In this document: piece by piece, positions 29,606 to 39,913 of the stretch
Numbering within the stretch: position 1 is the stretch's first letter
How the letters are laid out: every line of letters begins with the position of its first letter
From: Alphaproteobacteria bacterium
GTDB lineage: Bacteria > Pseudomonadota > Alphaproteobacteria > UBA11222
Direction: 5' to 3'
DNA: 64,000 bases
Assembly (NCBI GenBank): GCA_023252275.1
Contig: JAHHGO010000001.1
Coordinates: 3,708 to 67,707 of the forward strand
Program-made: the position numbers and the translations under genes
Notes under the pieces: model-generated
What the model saw: the letters and a program-made list of their open reading frames with translations, nothing else
What the model was told of the DNA's origin: nothing
Databases searched by the model: none

Positions 29606-31324
29606 GTGGACGAGGATAGGATGACACAGCAGCCTGCAACGCGTTTCTCCCCGGCATGGCATCTGTTTGTGCCAAAGCTGTACACCGTGTTGCGCGAGGG
29701 GTACCGGGCGCCGCACTTCCGGGATGATGCGATTGCCGGCCTGACGGTGGCGATTGTTGCTCTGCCATTGGCCATGGCGCTGGCCATTGCCTCTGGCACG
29801 ACCCCGGATAAAGGGCTGGTTACGGCCATTGTCGCCGGATTTCTGATATCCGCATTGGGCGGCAGCCGGTTTCAGATCGGCGGCCCGACCGGCGCCTTTG
29901 TAGTGGTGGTGTTCAATGTCATTCACGCGCATGGCTATGACGGGCTGGTGCTGGCCACCCTGATGGCGGGGGCGATGCTGCTGATTGCCGGCATTGCGCG
30001 GTTTGGCGACTGGATCAAATATATTCCCGATCCGGTGGTGACCGGCTTCACCTCGGGCATCGCGGTGATCATATTTTCAAGTCAGATCGGCGATCTGTTT
30101 GGACTGTCTCTGGCCAGTGTGCCCGCGGACTTTATCGCCAAATGGGCGGCGTTCTGGAATGCGCGCGGCAGCGTCAGCCCCTGGGCGGCGGGTGTTGCTT
30201 TCGGCGCGCTGGGTGTGATTATTGTGCTGCGGCGATTGGCCCCCAAACAGCCCGGATTTCTGATTGCGGTAGTGGCGGCTTCGCTGTTCGTCTACCTCCT
30301 GAATGCGCCTGTTGACACAATAGGCTCGCGTTTTGGGGGTATTCCCAGCCATTTGCCGATGCCGCACTGGCCGGAAATCACGGTTTCGCGCCTGCAGGAA
30401 TTATTGCCCAGCGCCTTTACCATTGCATTTCTGGCGGGCGTAGAAAGCCTTTTGTCGGCGATGGTGGCGGATGGCATGACCGGCAGGCGGCATCGTTCCA
30501 ACTGCGAACTGGTGGCGCAGGGCACGGCCAATATCGCCTCGGCGCTGTTTGGCGGTATGCCCGCCACGGGGGCCATTGCGCGCACCGCCACCAATATCCG
30601 CTCCGGTGCAAGATCGCCCATTGCCGGGATGCTGCATGCGCTGTTTGTGTTGCTGTTTATCCTGCTGCTGGCGCCGCTGGCGTCCTTCATTCCGATGGCG
30701 TCGCTGGCCGCTATTCTGGTCATTGTCGCCTGGAATATGAGCGAGTTGGAGAAATTCCGCGCCCTGATGCGCGCGCCGCGGGGGGATCAATTCGTATTGC
30801 TGTTGACCTTCGGGCTTACGGTGATGGTTGATCTTACCGTGGCCATCGAGGTCGGCGTTGTGCTGGCGGCGATTCTGTTCATGCACCGCATGTCACAGGT
30901 GGATACCCATGAACAGGGCGCCGGGATGTGGGAGCATGATGAGGATGATTTCACCCGCGCGCCGAATGGCGGCTATACCCAGCGTGACGCTCTTCCTGTG
31001 GGTGTTGAGGTGTTTCGACTGCGCGGCCCCCTGTTTTTTGGCAATGCATCGCGGCTGGGGGACATTCTCGATGCGCTTATCGGCCCCTGGCCAGGCACAT
31101 TCATCCTGAGAATGCGTGATGTGCCGATGGTGGATGCAACGGGAGTGGGCGCCTTGCGGGAATTTTTGCACCGCTGCCAGATGCACGGCACAAAGGTTAT
31201 TGTCAGCGGTATTCAACCGCAGCCGCGCCAGGTGCTGACCCAGATGGGTTTTGGGACCGATTCAACCGCACTACAGTTAGCCGAAGATTTTCAGGCTGCG
31301 CTGGCACTGGTGCGGGCCGCGTAA
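29606..31324 (+). CDS. SulP-family anion transporter with C-terminal STAS domain
   Basis: ~11 TM, C-terminal STAS domain; alternative ATG at 29621. Confidence 0.85.
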   Translation: MDEDRMTQQPATRFSPAWHLFVPKLYTVLREGYRAPHFRDDAIAGLTVAIVALPLAMALAIASGTTPDKGLVTAIVAGFLISALGGSRFQIGGPTGAFVVVVFNVIHAHGYDGLVLATLMAGAMLLIAGIARFGDWIKYIPDPVVTGFTSGIAVIIFSSQIGDLFGLSLASVPADFIAKWAAFWNARGSVSPWAAGVAFGALGVIIVLRRLAPKQPGFLIAVVAASLFVYLLNAPVDTIGSRFGGIPSHLPMPHWPEITVSRLQELLPSAFTIAFLAGVESLLSAMVADGMTGRRHRSNCELVAQGTANIASALFGGMPATGAIARTATNIRSGARSPIAGMLHALFVLLFILLLAPLASFIPMASLAAILVIVAWNMSELEKFRALMRAPRGDQFVLLLTFGLTVMVDLTVAIEVGVVLAAILFMHRMSQVDTHEQGAGMWEHDEDDFTRAPNGGYTQRDALPVGVEVFRLRGPLFFGNASRLGDILDALIGPWPGTFILRMRDVPMVDATGVGALREFLHRCQMHGTKVIVSGIQPQPRQVLTQMGFGTDSTALQLAEDFQAALALVRAA

Positions 31325-31407
31325 TATTTCCTAAACCGCTTTCGCGGATTGTTACGATATGTTACCTGAGATCACGAAAAATGGATTCCGCCCCGAAGGG
31401 ATGATCG

Positions 31408-31929
31408 ATGCCGAATAGACCGGCCAGCCTTAGTTATGAGGATTTGCTGCGCTGCGGCCATGGGCAGATGTTCGGCCCCGGCAACGCGCAATTGCCGCTG
31501 CCGCCGATGCTGATGTTTGACCGGATTACCCGGATTTCCGACACAGGCGGCGCGCATGGCAAGGGCGAAGTGGTGGCCGAACTGGATATAAGGCCGGATT
31601 TGTGGTTTTTCGCCTGTCATTTTGAGGGCGACCCGGTGATGCCGGGCTGTCTGGGGCTGGATGCACTGTGGCAGTTAACTGGATTTTTCCTGGGCTGGCT
31701 GGGGGGGCAAGGCCGGGGCCGCGCTTTGGGTGTTGGTGAAGTAAAGTTGATGGATATGGTTGAACCCAGGCACAAACTGCTAACTTACCGGCTGGATCTG
31801 AAGCGGGTGATCAATCGCCGGCTGGTCATGGGTGTTGCCGATGGCGTCATCAGCGTGGATGGTGCCGAAACCAGCCGCGCCACAGACCTGAAGGTTGGCC
31901 TGTTCAGGTCTGGCGAAACGCCGCAATGA
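31408..31929 (+). CDS. fabA: 3-hydroxydecanoyl-ACP dehydratase/isomerase
   Basis: 173 aa hotdog fold; active-site context [19 protein letters not shown]. Confidence 0.9.
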   Translation: MPNRPASLSYEDLLRCGHGQMFGPGNAQLPLPPMLMFDRITRISDTGGAHGKGEVVAELDIRPDLWFFACHFEGDPVMPGCLGLDALWQLTGFFLGWLGGQGRGRALGVGEVKLMDMVEPRHKLLTYRLDLKRVINRRLVMGVADGVISVDGAETSRATDLKVGLFRSGETPQ

Positions 31930-31945
31930 GCGGAAGGAGAGTGCT

Positions 31946-33160
31946 ATGAGACGTGTCGTGGTTACGGGCATGGGCATCGTATCCAGTATCGGCAATAATA
32001 CGCAACAGGTGCTGGCCAGCCTGCGCGAGGGCCGTTCCGGCGTGGAATTTGTCGATACCTATCGCGACATGGGATTTCGCAGCCATATTGCGGGTACGCT
32101 GAAGATCGATCTGGAAGAAGCGGTGGACCGCAAGCTGAAACGCTTTATGGGCGATGCGGCGGCCTATGCCTGGATTTCCATGGATCAGGCGATCCGCGAT
32201 GCGGGGCTGACGCCGGCGGAAATCTCGCATGAGCGCACCGGCATCATTGTCGGCTCCGGCGGCCCGTCGACGCATAATATTCTGCTGGCCTGCGATACGG
32301 CGCGCGAAAAGGGGCCGAAAAAGGTCGGCCCTTTCATGGTGCCGCGTAATATGTCCAGCAGCACCTCGGCGAACCTCGCCACGGCGTTTCACATCAAGGG
32401 GCTGAACTACACCATTTCATCCGCCTGTTCGACCAGCGCGCATTGCATCGGCGCAGCCGCCGAACAAATTCAATATGGCAAACAGGACATCATGTTCGCA
32501 GGCGGCGGCGAGGAACTGGACTGGTCGTTGACCGTGCTGTTCGACGCCATGGGCGCGCTATCCAGTAAATATAATGATACGCCCGCGAAAGCCTCGCGCG
32601 CCTATGACGCCAACCGCGACGGCTTTGTGATATCGGGCGGCGGCGGCTGTCTGGTGCTTGAGGAGCTGGAGCACGCCAAGGCGCGCGGCGCGAAAATTTA
32701 TGGCGAACTGACCGGCTATGGCGCCACTTCGGACGGGGTGGATATGGTGCAGCCATCGGGCGAAGGCGCGGTGCGTTGCATGCGCATGGCGATTGCGGGG
32801 CTGAAGGGGCCGGTTGATTATATCAATGCCCATGGCACCTCGACGCCGATTGGCGACACCAAGGAACTGGAAGCCATCCGCATCGTGTTCGGCGATAAAA
32901 TCCCGCCGATCAATTCCACCAAAAGCCTGACCGGCCACAGCCAGGGCGCGACCGGGGTGCATGAGGCGATCTATTCGCTGCTGATGCTGAATAACCAGTT
33001 TGTCTGCGTGTCGGCTAATATCGAAACGCTTGATCCCGAGGCGGAAGGCATGCCTATTGTCCGTGAACGGATCGATAATGCGGGGCTGAACACCGTGCTT
33101 TCGAACAGCTTTGGTTTTGGCGGCACCAATGCGTGCCTGGCCTTCTCCCGGCTTGTTTAA
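31946..33160 (+). CDS. fabB: 3-oxoacyl-ACP synthase I
   Basis: [18 protein letters not shown], catalytic Cys in SACSTSAHC, His-His dyad, C-terminal GFGGTNA. Confidence 0.9.
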   Translation: MRRVVVTGMGIVSSIGNNTQQVLASLREGRSGVEFVDTYRDMGFRSHIAGTLKIDLEEAVDRKLKRFMGDAAAYAWISMDQAIRDAGLTPAEISHERTGIIVGSGGPSTHNILLACDTAREKGPKKVGPFMVPRNMSSSTSANLATAFHIKGLNYTISSACSTSAHCIGAAAEQIQYGKQDIMFAGGGEELDWSLTVLFDAMGALSSKYNDTPAKASRAYDANRDGFVISGGGGCLVLEELEHAKARGAKIYGELTGYGATSDGVDMVQPSGEGAVRCMRMAIAGLKGPVDYINAHGTSTPIGDTKELEAIRIVFGDKIPPINSTKSLTGHSQGATGVHEAIYSLLMLNNQFVCVSANIETLDPEAEGMPIVRERIDNAGLNTVLSNSFGFGGTNACLAFSRLV

Positions 33161-33192
33161 CTTTATGCAAGAAATATAAGGAACGCCTGAGA

Positions 33193-34011
33193 ATGACGGT
33201 TACGGGCAAACTGATGGCCGGCAAGCGCGGCCTGGTGATGGGCATCGCCAATGATCATTCCATCGCCTGGGGCATCGCCAAAATGCTGGGCGAGCATGGC
33301 GCGGAAATGGCCTTTACCTTTCAGAACGAAGCGTTTGGAAAGCGTCTGCAGCCGCTGGCGGATTCTGTTGGCTCCAGCCTGATGGCGCCGTGCGACGTTT
33401 CCGACCGCGACAGCATGGACAGGGTTTTCGCGATGCTGGAAACCGTCTGGGGACAGCTGGATTTTGTCGTGCATGCGCTGGCCTATTCGGACAAGGAAGA
33501 ACTTAAGGGCCGTTTTCTGGATACGACGCGCGAAAATTTTCTCAACACGATGGATATTTCCTGTTTTTCGCTGAATGAAGTGGCGCGCCGCGCCGCGCCG
33601 CTGATGAAAAAAGGCGGCTCGATTATCACGCTGACCTATATGGGCGCGGTAAAGGTGATGCCGGATTATAATGTGATGGGGGTCGCCAAGGCGGCGCTGG
33701 AGGCGAGCGTGCGCTATCTGGCCGCCGATCTGGGGCCGCAGGGCATTAGGGTGAATGCGATTTCGGCGGGGCCGATGCGCACTCTGGCCGGCTCGGCCAT
33801 CGGCTCGGCGCGGTATGTCTATCGCACATCGCGCCAGCATTCGCCGCTGCGCATGAATGTTGATCTGGAGCATCTGGGCGGCGCGGGGCTTTATCTGCTC
33901 AGCGATCTGTCCGCCGGAACGACAGGTGAAATTCATTATGTCGATGCGGGCTATAATATTATCGGCATGCCTCACCCCGATATGTTGAATGCTTCGTCTA
34001 CGGATGATTAG
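33193..34011 (+). CDS. fabI: Enoyl-ACP reductase (NADH), SDR family
   Basis: GKRGLVMGIANDHSIAWGIAK N-terminus, Y-x6-K catalytic pair. Confidence 0.9.
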   Translation: MTVTGKLMAGKRGLVMGIANDHSIAWGIAKMLGEHGAEMAFTFQNEAFGKRLQPLADSVGSSLMAPCDVSDRDSMDRVFAMLETVWGQLDFVVHALAYSDKEELKGRFLDTTRENFLNTMDISCFSLNEVARRAAPLMKKGGSIITLTYMGAVKVMPDYNVMGVAKAALEASVRYLAADLGPQGIRVNAISAGPMRTLAGSAIGSARYVYRTSRQHSPLRMNVDLEHLGGAGLYLLSDLSAGTTGEIHYVDAGYNIIGMPHPDMLNASSTDD

Positions 34012-34053
34012 TTAGCGCCAATAAAGGCGCGCCGCCAGCCAGGGGAGGGAACG

Positions 34054-34287
34054 ATGCGCGATCTGTTTTATCTCGATAATATGCTTGTGCCGAAGGTCAT
34101 TACGTTTTTCTACTGGGCGCTGCTTTTTGCGGCGGTCGCCAGTGGTCTTGGAACAATGCTGGCAGGTGGTTTTATATGGGGGCTGCTGGTGATTACCGGC
34201 GGTATGTTGGCAGCCAGAGTATGGTCCGAGCTGATCATTGTTCTGTTCAAAATCAACGAAGCCTTGCAGGAAATACGTACAAAATAA
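34054..34287 (+). CDS. Small membrane protein (DUF4282-like), 77 aa
   Basis: Two TM helices. Confidence 0.4.
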   Translation: MRDLFYLDNMLVPKVITFFYWALLFAAVASGLGTMLAGGFIWGLLVITGGMLAARVWSELIIVLFKINEALQEIRTK

Positions 34288-34288
34288 C

Positions 34289-35230
34289 ATGCCAGCCACA
34301 CATCATTCACGCCTATTGATCATTGGTTCCGGGCCGGCGGGCTATACAGCGGCGATTTATGCCGCGCGCGCCATGCTGGAACCCATTCTGGTGACGGGGC
34401 TCGATCAGGGCGGGCAGCTGACCATCACCACAGATGTGGAAAATTATCCGGGCTTTGCCGATGTCATTCAAGGGCCCTGGCTGATGGAGCAGATGCGCGA
34501 TCAGGCTGCGCATGTGGGGGCGCGGCTGATGAATGATTACATTGTGAAGGTGGATTTTTCATCGCGGCCATTTGTGTGCACGGGCGACAGCGGCGATATT
34601 TATACCGCCGATGCGGTGATCGTTTCCACCGGGGCGCAGGCGCGCTGGCTGGGCCTGCCGTCGGAGGACCGCTTCAAGGGCTTTGGGGTTTCGGCCTGCG
34701 CCACCTGTGACGGATTTTTCTATCGCGGCAAGGAAGTGCTGGTCATCGGTGGCGGCAATACGGCGGTGGAAGAAGCCCTGTTCCTGACCAATTTCGCCAG
34801 CAAGGTGACTTTGGTGCACCGGCGCGATAGCTTGCGCGCGGAAAAAATCCTGCAAAACAGACTGCACGCCAATCCCAAGGTCAGTTTCGTCTGGGATAGC
34901 GAGATTGATGAAATTCTGGGTACGGAAAATCCGCTGGGCGTTACCGGCGCGCGCTTGCGCAATGTTAAATCCGGGGCGGCGCGGGAAATTTCCGCGCATG
35001 GCGTGTTCATCGCCATTGGCCACAGCCCGTCGACGGAAATATTCAAGGGCAAGCTGCCGATGGACAAAGATGGCTATTTGCTGAAGCGGCCTGATTCAAC
35101 AGCGACAGAAATTCCCGGCGTGTTCGCCGCGGGCGATGTAACCGACAAGATTTTCCGTCAGGCCGTCACGGCGGCGGGACTTGGCTGCATGGCGGCGCTG
35201 GAAGCGGAAAAATTCCTGGCGGGGCATTAG
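34289..35230 (+). CDS. trxB: Thioredoxin reductase
   Basis: GSGPAGYTAAIYAAR FAD motif, redox CATCDGFF, NADPH motif GGGNTAVEEA. Confidence 0.9.
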   Translation: MPATHHSRLLIIGSGPAGYTAAIYAARAMLEPILVTGLDQGGQLTITTDVENYPGFADVIQGPWLMEQMRDQAAHVGARLMNDYIVKVDFSSRPFVCTGDSGDIYTADAVIVSTGAQARWLGLPSEDRFKGFGVSACATCDGFFYRGKEVLVIGGGNTAVEEALFLTNFASKVTLVHRRDSLRAEKILQNRLHANPKVSFVWDSEIDEILGTENPLGVTGARLRNVKSGAAREISAHGVFIAIGHSPSTEIFKGKLPMDKDGYLLKRPDSTATEIPGVFAAGDVTDKIFRQAVTAAGLGCMAALEAEKFLAGH

Positions 35231-35275
35231 CGATAACTGCTTTGCTGCGGCGCTGATTGCCTGTTATGATGGTTC

Positions 35276-36127
35276 ATGAACCCGGGGAACCAGGAATCGC
35301 GTGATCAGGTGCTGGCGATGTTGCGCTGGCAACTGGAATCCGGCGCCGATGAGGCGATCGGCCACACGGCGATCAATCACTTCATTGTCAGCGCGCAAAT
35401 CAAAAATGCGCAAATTGAAAATCCGCGATTCGAAAATCCGCGGATTGCAAAGCCGCCACTGCAACGCATGGCCCCTCCGCCGGTTATGCGGCCTGCGCCG
35501 CCGCGCCCTGCGATCATGGCCTCCGGCGCCTCGCCGCATGAAATCGCCGCCGCCTGCTATGATCTGGCGGCCTTGCGCGCGGCGATCGAAAATTTTCAGG
35601 GATGCGCGTTGAAGACAACCGCAAAACATACGGTTTTCGCAGATGGCAATCCGGATGCGCGGATAATGCTGGTGGGCGAAGCGCCGGGCCGTGAAGAGGA
35701 TTTGATGGGGCTTCCTTTTGTTGGTCGCAGCGGCCAGTTGCTGGATCGTATGCTGGCGGCCATTGGGTTTGATCGCAGCCAGGTTTATATTTCCAATATT
35801 CTGCCCTGGCGGCCGCCGGGCAACCGTACCCCGACCAGCGCCGAGATCGCGCTGTGCCTGCCATTCATCGAGCGGCATATTCAACTGGCCTCGCCGGATA
35901 TATTGCTGCTGCTGGGCGGCATCAGCGTCAAGGCGCTGTTTGACACCAGCGAGGGCATTATGCGCTTGCGGGGGCGCTGGAAATTATATCGGTCCGGGGA
36001 ACGCGAAATTCCCGCGCTGGCCACGTTTCACCCAGCGTTTCTGTTGCGCCAGCCAGCGCAGAAAAAACAGGCCTGGCAGGATATTCTCGCATTGCGCACA
36101 CGCTATGATTCATTGCCGGTTAACTAA
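35276..36127 (+). CDS. Uracil-DNA glycosylase, family 4, with N-terminal extension
   Basis: GEAPGREED motif, [15 protein letters not shown]. Confidence 0.8.
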   Translation: MNPGNQESRDQVLAMLRWQLESGADEAIGHTAINHFIVSAQIKNAQIENPRFENPRIAKPPLQRMAPPPVMRPAPPRPAIMASGASPHEIAAACYDLAALRAAIENFQGCALKTTAKHTVFADGNPDARIMLVGEAPGREEDLMGLPFVGRSGQLLDRMLAAIGFDRSQVYISNILPWRPPGNRTPTSAEIALCLPFIERHIQLASPDILLLLGGISVKALFDTSEGIMRLRGRWKLYRSGEREIPALATFHPAFLLRQPAQKKQAWQDILALRTRYDSLPVN

Positions 36128-36215
36128 ATCCGGGTTTACTGGCCGGAATTGCCCGCTTGTGCGCGTATGGCCTTATGGTTTATTGTACGCCAACTGAAAC
36201 AATAAAGGGGTTGGA

Positions 36216-37958
36216 GTGAAGGCAGAAAATCTCATCCGGGATAATGCTGTCAGGATTTTCCGGGCATTGTCACTCGCCGTGATTATCGCGGGCATATGGG
36301 TGATGGCCCCCATAACCGCGCGCGCCGTTGAAATGCCGCGCATTCTCTCCACTGCCGACGCCGCCACCTACAATCAGATATTTACCCTGCTTTCCCAGGA
36401 GAATATGGGCGGCGCATCGCGCCTGATGAATGAATTGCAGGACAAGCGTCTGCTCGGGCATGTGCTGGCGCAACGCTATCTGCATCCAACCGCCTACCGT
36501 TCCAGCTTCAGCGAACTCAGGCAGTGGCTTGATCAGTATGCGGATTATCCGCAGGCCGCGCAGATATACGCTCTAGCGCTCAGGAAACGTCCTGAAGGCG
36601 CGGCCGTTCCGCGCAAGCCCGTCGTCCTGCCCGGCCGTTCCGGAACGCCGCATGAGAAGATAAAGGAATATCGCCCGCCCGCGCCGCGATCAAAAGCGTC
36701 GATGCAGCAGATGGCGGTTATCCAGCTGCATCTGAAAAGCCTGCTTAAAAAGTCAGATCCCGATGATGCGTTTGCCTATCTGCAGCGCGCCGACATCAAG
36801 CACAGGCTTGATCCGGTTGAAACCGATATTGCCCTTCAGGCCGTTGCGGATGCCTATTTCAGGGATGGCCGCGATCTGGAGGCGCTTCGCCTTGCTTCCG
36901 GGGCGGCCAGCCGTAATGGCCGGATCGTGCCCCGGGCGCACTGGACAGCCGGCCTTGCCGCCTGGCGTCTGGGAAATATCGATCAGGCGGTTACGCATTT
37001 TTCCGCCATGGCGGATGCGCATTCCCCCTATGCCAGTCAGGCTTCGCTGACGGCCGCATCCTATTGGGCGGCGCGGGCCAATCTGGCGGCGCACAAGCCG
37101 CAAAAGGTCAATCAATATCTTCAGGCGGCGGCGCGCTATCCGCACACCATGTATGGCATGCTGGCGCATCGGCAATTGGGACAGGCGCTGCCCTTTGACT
37201 GGTCGCTGCCGCAACTGACACAGGCCGATATTACGGCGCTTGCGCGCCGCCCGGGTTTCGCGCGCCTGCTGGCGCTGCATGAGGCCGGGCAAACCGGACT
37301 GGCGGATAAGGAATTGCAGTCCTTGCACAATGGCATGGGCCCTAAAAGTGACCCGCGCCTTCTGGCGGTGGCGGATGCGCTCAAACTGCCACGCAGTCAG
37401 ATCCGCATTGCCGAAACCGCGCGGGTGAATGGCCGGGTCTGGCTTGCCGGCCTGTATCCGGTGCCGGACTGGCGTCCCGAGGGCGGCTTTACCATTGACC
37501 CTGCGCTTCTCTATGCCATTGCCCGCAAGGAAAGCAATTTCGTTGCAACCGCCGAGGGCAGGGGCGGGGCGCGCGGATTGATGCAATTAATGCCCGCAAC
37601 CGCCAGATTTGTTTCGCGTGACCGTACGCTGCGCGGCGATGGCCGTGCAAAACTGTTCGATCCGGAATATAATCTGACCCTTGGTCAGCGTTATCTGAAA
37701 TATTTGCAGACCCAGTCCGGGGCAGACGATTTATTCTCGTTGATTGCGTCCTATAATGTGGGGCCCGGCACTGTTGAGGATTGGCGCAAACAGGCAAAAA
37801 CCAGCGATACGCTGTTATTTCTGGAAAGCCTGCCAAATGCCGCCACACGCAATTATGTGACAAAAATATTGTCGGATTACTGGATTTATCAAAGCCGGAT
37901 GGGCGTTCCGGCGGATACGCTGGATGCGGTTGCCGAAGGCAAATGGCCGCAACTTTAG
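36216..37958 (+). CDS. Soluble lytic murein transglycosylase (Slt family)
   Basis: Signal peptide, superhelical N-terminal domain, catalytic SLT domain (ESNFVATAEGRGGARGLMQLMP). Confidence 0.8.
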   Translation: MKAENLIRDNAVRIFRALSLAVIIAGIWVMAPITARAVEMPRILSTADAATYNQIFTLLSQENMGGASRLMNELQDKRLLGHVLAQRYLHPTAYRSSFSELRQWLDQYADYPQAAQIYALALRKRPEGAAVPRKPVVLPGRSGTPHEKIKEYRPPAPRSKASMQQMAVIQLHLKSLLKKSDPDDAFAYLQRADIKHRLDPVETDIALQAVADAYFRDGRDLEALRLASGAASRNGRIVPRAHWTAGLAAWRLGNIDQAVTHFSAMADAHSPYASQASLTAASYWAARANLAAHKPQKVNQYLQAAARYPHTMYGMLAHRQLGQALPFDWSLPQLTQADITALARRPGFARLLALHEAGQTGLADKELQSLHNGMGPKSDPRLLAVADALKLPRSQIRIAETARVNGRVWLAGLYPVPDWRPEGGFTIDPALLYAIARKESNFVATAEGRGGARGLMQLMPATARFVSRDRTLRGDGRAKLFDPEYNLTLGQRYLKYLQTQSGADDLFSLIASYNVGPGTVEDWRKQAKTSDTLLFLESLPNAATRNYVTKILSDYWIYQSRMGVPADTLDAVAEGKWPQL

Positions 37959-37997
37959 CCGCGCTTGGCTCGCGAGGCGGCATAATCAACAGGGTCT

Positions 37998-38546
37998 ATG
38001 ATCATGCCTGAACTGGATAAAAGCCGGGGCTTCATTCCCGTTTCAATTGCGCTGCTGACCGTTTCGGACACCCGCAGCCGCGCGGATGACAAATCCGGCG
38101 ATATTCTTGAGGAGCGCATCAAGGCGGCCGGGCATCATCTTGCGGCGCGTGAAATTGTCGCGGATGACCGCGATCTGATCATTGCGCAATTGCGCCGCTG
38201 GATTATCGATCCGGCCATTGACGTGGTGATTTCAACAGGCGGCACCGGCCTGACCGGGCGCGATGTGACGCCGGAAGCCTTTCATGCCGTGTATGAAAAG
38301 GAAATTGACGGATTTTCAGCCGTGTTCCATGCCATCAGCTACGCCAAGATCGGCGTTTCCACCATTCAGTCGCGCGCGACGGCGGGCGTGGCGGGAGGCA
38401 CTTATCTGTTCGCGCTGCCCGGCTCGCCCGGGGCCTGCAAGGATGGCTGGGACGGCATATTGCAATGGCAGCTCGATTACCGTTTCAAACCCTGCAATTT
38501 TGTCGAGATCATGCCGCGCCTTGAGGAACATAAACGCCGCCAGTGA
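37998..38546 (+). CDS. moaB: Molybdenum cofactor biosynthesis protein B (MogA/MoaB fold)
   Basis: STGGTG motif, ~180 aa. Confidence 0.8.
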   Translation: MIMPELDKSRGFIPVSIALLTVSDTRSRADDKSGDILEERIKAAGHHLAAREIVADDRDLIIAQLRRWIIDPAIDVVISTGGTGLTGRDVTPEAFHAVYEKEIDGFSAVFHAISYAKIGVSTIQSRATAGVAGGTYLFALPGSPGACKDGWDGILQWQLDYRFKPCNFVEIMPRLEEHKRRQ

Positions 38547-39145
38547 TGGTAATCGGCGGCACTATCCACATCCGATAAAGTGTCCACATAGCTGATCCGC
38601 GTGCGCCCCCCGCCGCTGATCGTCATGGCGCGGATCGTCGCGTTCAGCACCTGCGGCCCCTCCCAGTCAATGCCGGTAAACAGGCGCCTGCCATGCGGTC
38701 CGCCCGGATGACGCAGGCGTTTCAGGCCAACCAGCCAGAAGCCGCCATCGCTGGCGGGGCCAAACACCATTTCGTTTCGTCCCAGCGCGGCAAAGGCGCG
38801 GGCAATATGCACGGCGCGTATATCTGGAATGTCACTGCCGACAAGCACGGCAGGCCCCGGCGGCAGGGCGCGAAAACTGTTCGCCATGCGGCTTCCCAGA
38901 TCGCCCTGGCCCTGTTTCAGCAAGGCAAAACCCGTGAATAGATTAAAACTGCTTTGCGCATGAATATCCGGGGTTACGGCCAGCCAGACTTTCCATCTTG
39001 GGTCCTGGCCAATCCCCCGGGCGAGTTGCGTCAGCATGGCGCGGTGAAACCGCAGCGCAGCCGGTGCGCCAATTTCCGATGCAAGCCGTCGTTTGACACG
39101 GCCAAGCCGGGGCGCGCGCGTAAAAATAATCAGATGCCGCATCAT
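38477..39145 (-). CDS. DUF2064 / TIGR04282-family glycosyltransferase-like protein
   Basis: MMRHLIIFTRAPRLGRVKRRLASEIG N-terminus typical of DUF2064; ATGA-coupled to the upstream GT2 gene. Confidence 0.6.
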   Translation of the reverse strand: MMRHLIIFTRAPRLGRVKRRLASEIGAPAALRFHRAMLTQLARGIGQDPRWKVWLAVTPDIHAQSSFNLFTGFALLKQGQGDLGSRMANSFRALPPGPAVLVGSDIPDIRAVHIARAFAALGRNEMVFGPASDGGFWLVGLKRLRHPGGPHGRRLFTGIDWEGPQVLNATIRAMTISGGGRTRISYVDTLSDVDSAADYHHWRRLCSSRRGMISTKLQGLKR

Positions 39146-39822
39146 CCATACAGCCGGACGATCATGCGCGGCGGCACACGCAGGAAAAACAGTGACAGGC
39201 AGAACAGATTGCGCAATTGACGGCGCGGATATCCGCCGGAAATATAGCGCGCGGCGGAGGTCAGCGCCGTACTGCGAAAATAGATCAGCCGCGCCCGCCC
39301 GATACGCCGGATCAGATCCACATCTTCCATCAGCGGAATCTTTGCATAGCCGCCAAGCTGGTCATACAGGCTGCGATGGATCAACAGGCCCTGATCCCCG
39401 TAGGGCAGCGCAAACAATTTGCAGCGCATCGCCACCAGCCATTCCAGACGGCGCGCCGGGGGCCTGAAATCATCGAGCGCAAAGCGGAATATGCCGGCAT
39501 GGGTGCGGCTATAGTCCTGCTCGATATAATGCGCCACCTCCTTCTCCCAGCCTTCCGAAAGCACCGTGTCGGCATGCAGGAACAAAAGCCAGTTGCACTT
39601 GGCGGCCTCTGCCCCCCTGGCCAGTTGCCCGCCGCGCCCGGCGGGGCCGGTAACCAGCCTGCAGCCGGTATTTTCGGCAATTTCGCAGCTGGCGTCGTTT
39701 GATCCGCCATCAGAAATAATGACTTCCTTGACCAGCCCGCTGACGACCCCGGGGATCAGGGCGCTCAGCGACAGGGGCAGATGCGGCTCGGCCTCCAGCG
39801 TGGGGATGATGACGCTTAACAT
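39142..39822 (-). CDS. Family 2 glycosyltransferase (TIGR04283-like partner of DUF2064)
   Basis: MLSVIIPTLEAEPHLPLSL...ISDGGSNDAS GT2 motifs. Confidence 0.7.
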   Translation of the reverse strand: MLSVIIPTLEAEPHLPLSLSALIPGVVSGLVKEVIISDGGSNDASCEIAENTGCRLVTGPAGRGGQLARGAEAAKCNWLLFLHADTVLSEGWEKEVAHYIEQDYSRTHAGIFRFALDDFRPPARRLEWLVAMRCKLFALPYGDQGLLIHRSLYDQLGGYAKIPLMEDVDLIRRIGRARLIYFRSTALTSAARYISGGYPRRQLRNLFCLSLFFLRVPPRMIVRLYG

Positions 39823-39913
39823 AAGGGCAATCTACGCCGGACAGGGCGTTCAAAAAAGACTTTACACGTGTCATGATATGTTCTATTAATGTTCTCTTTA
39901 TGTTCAAGACAGG

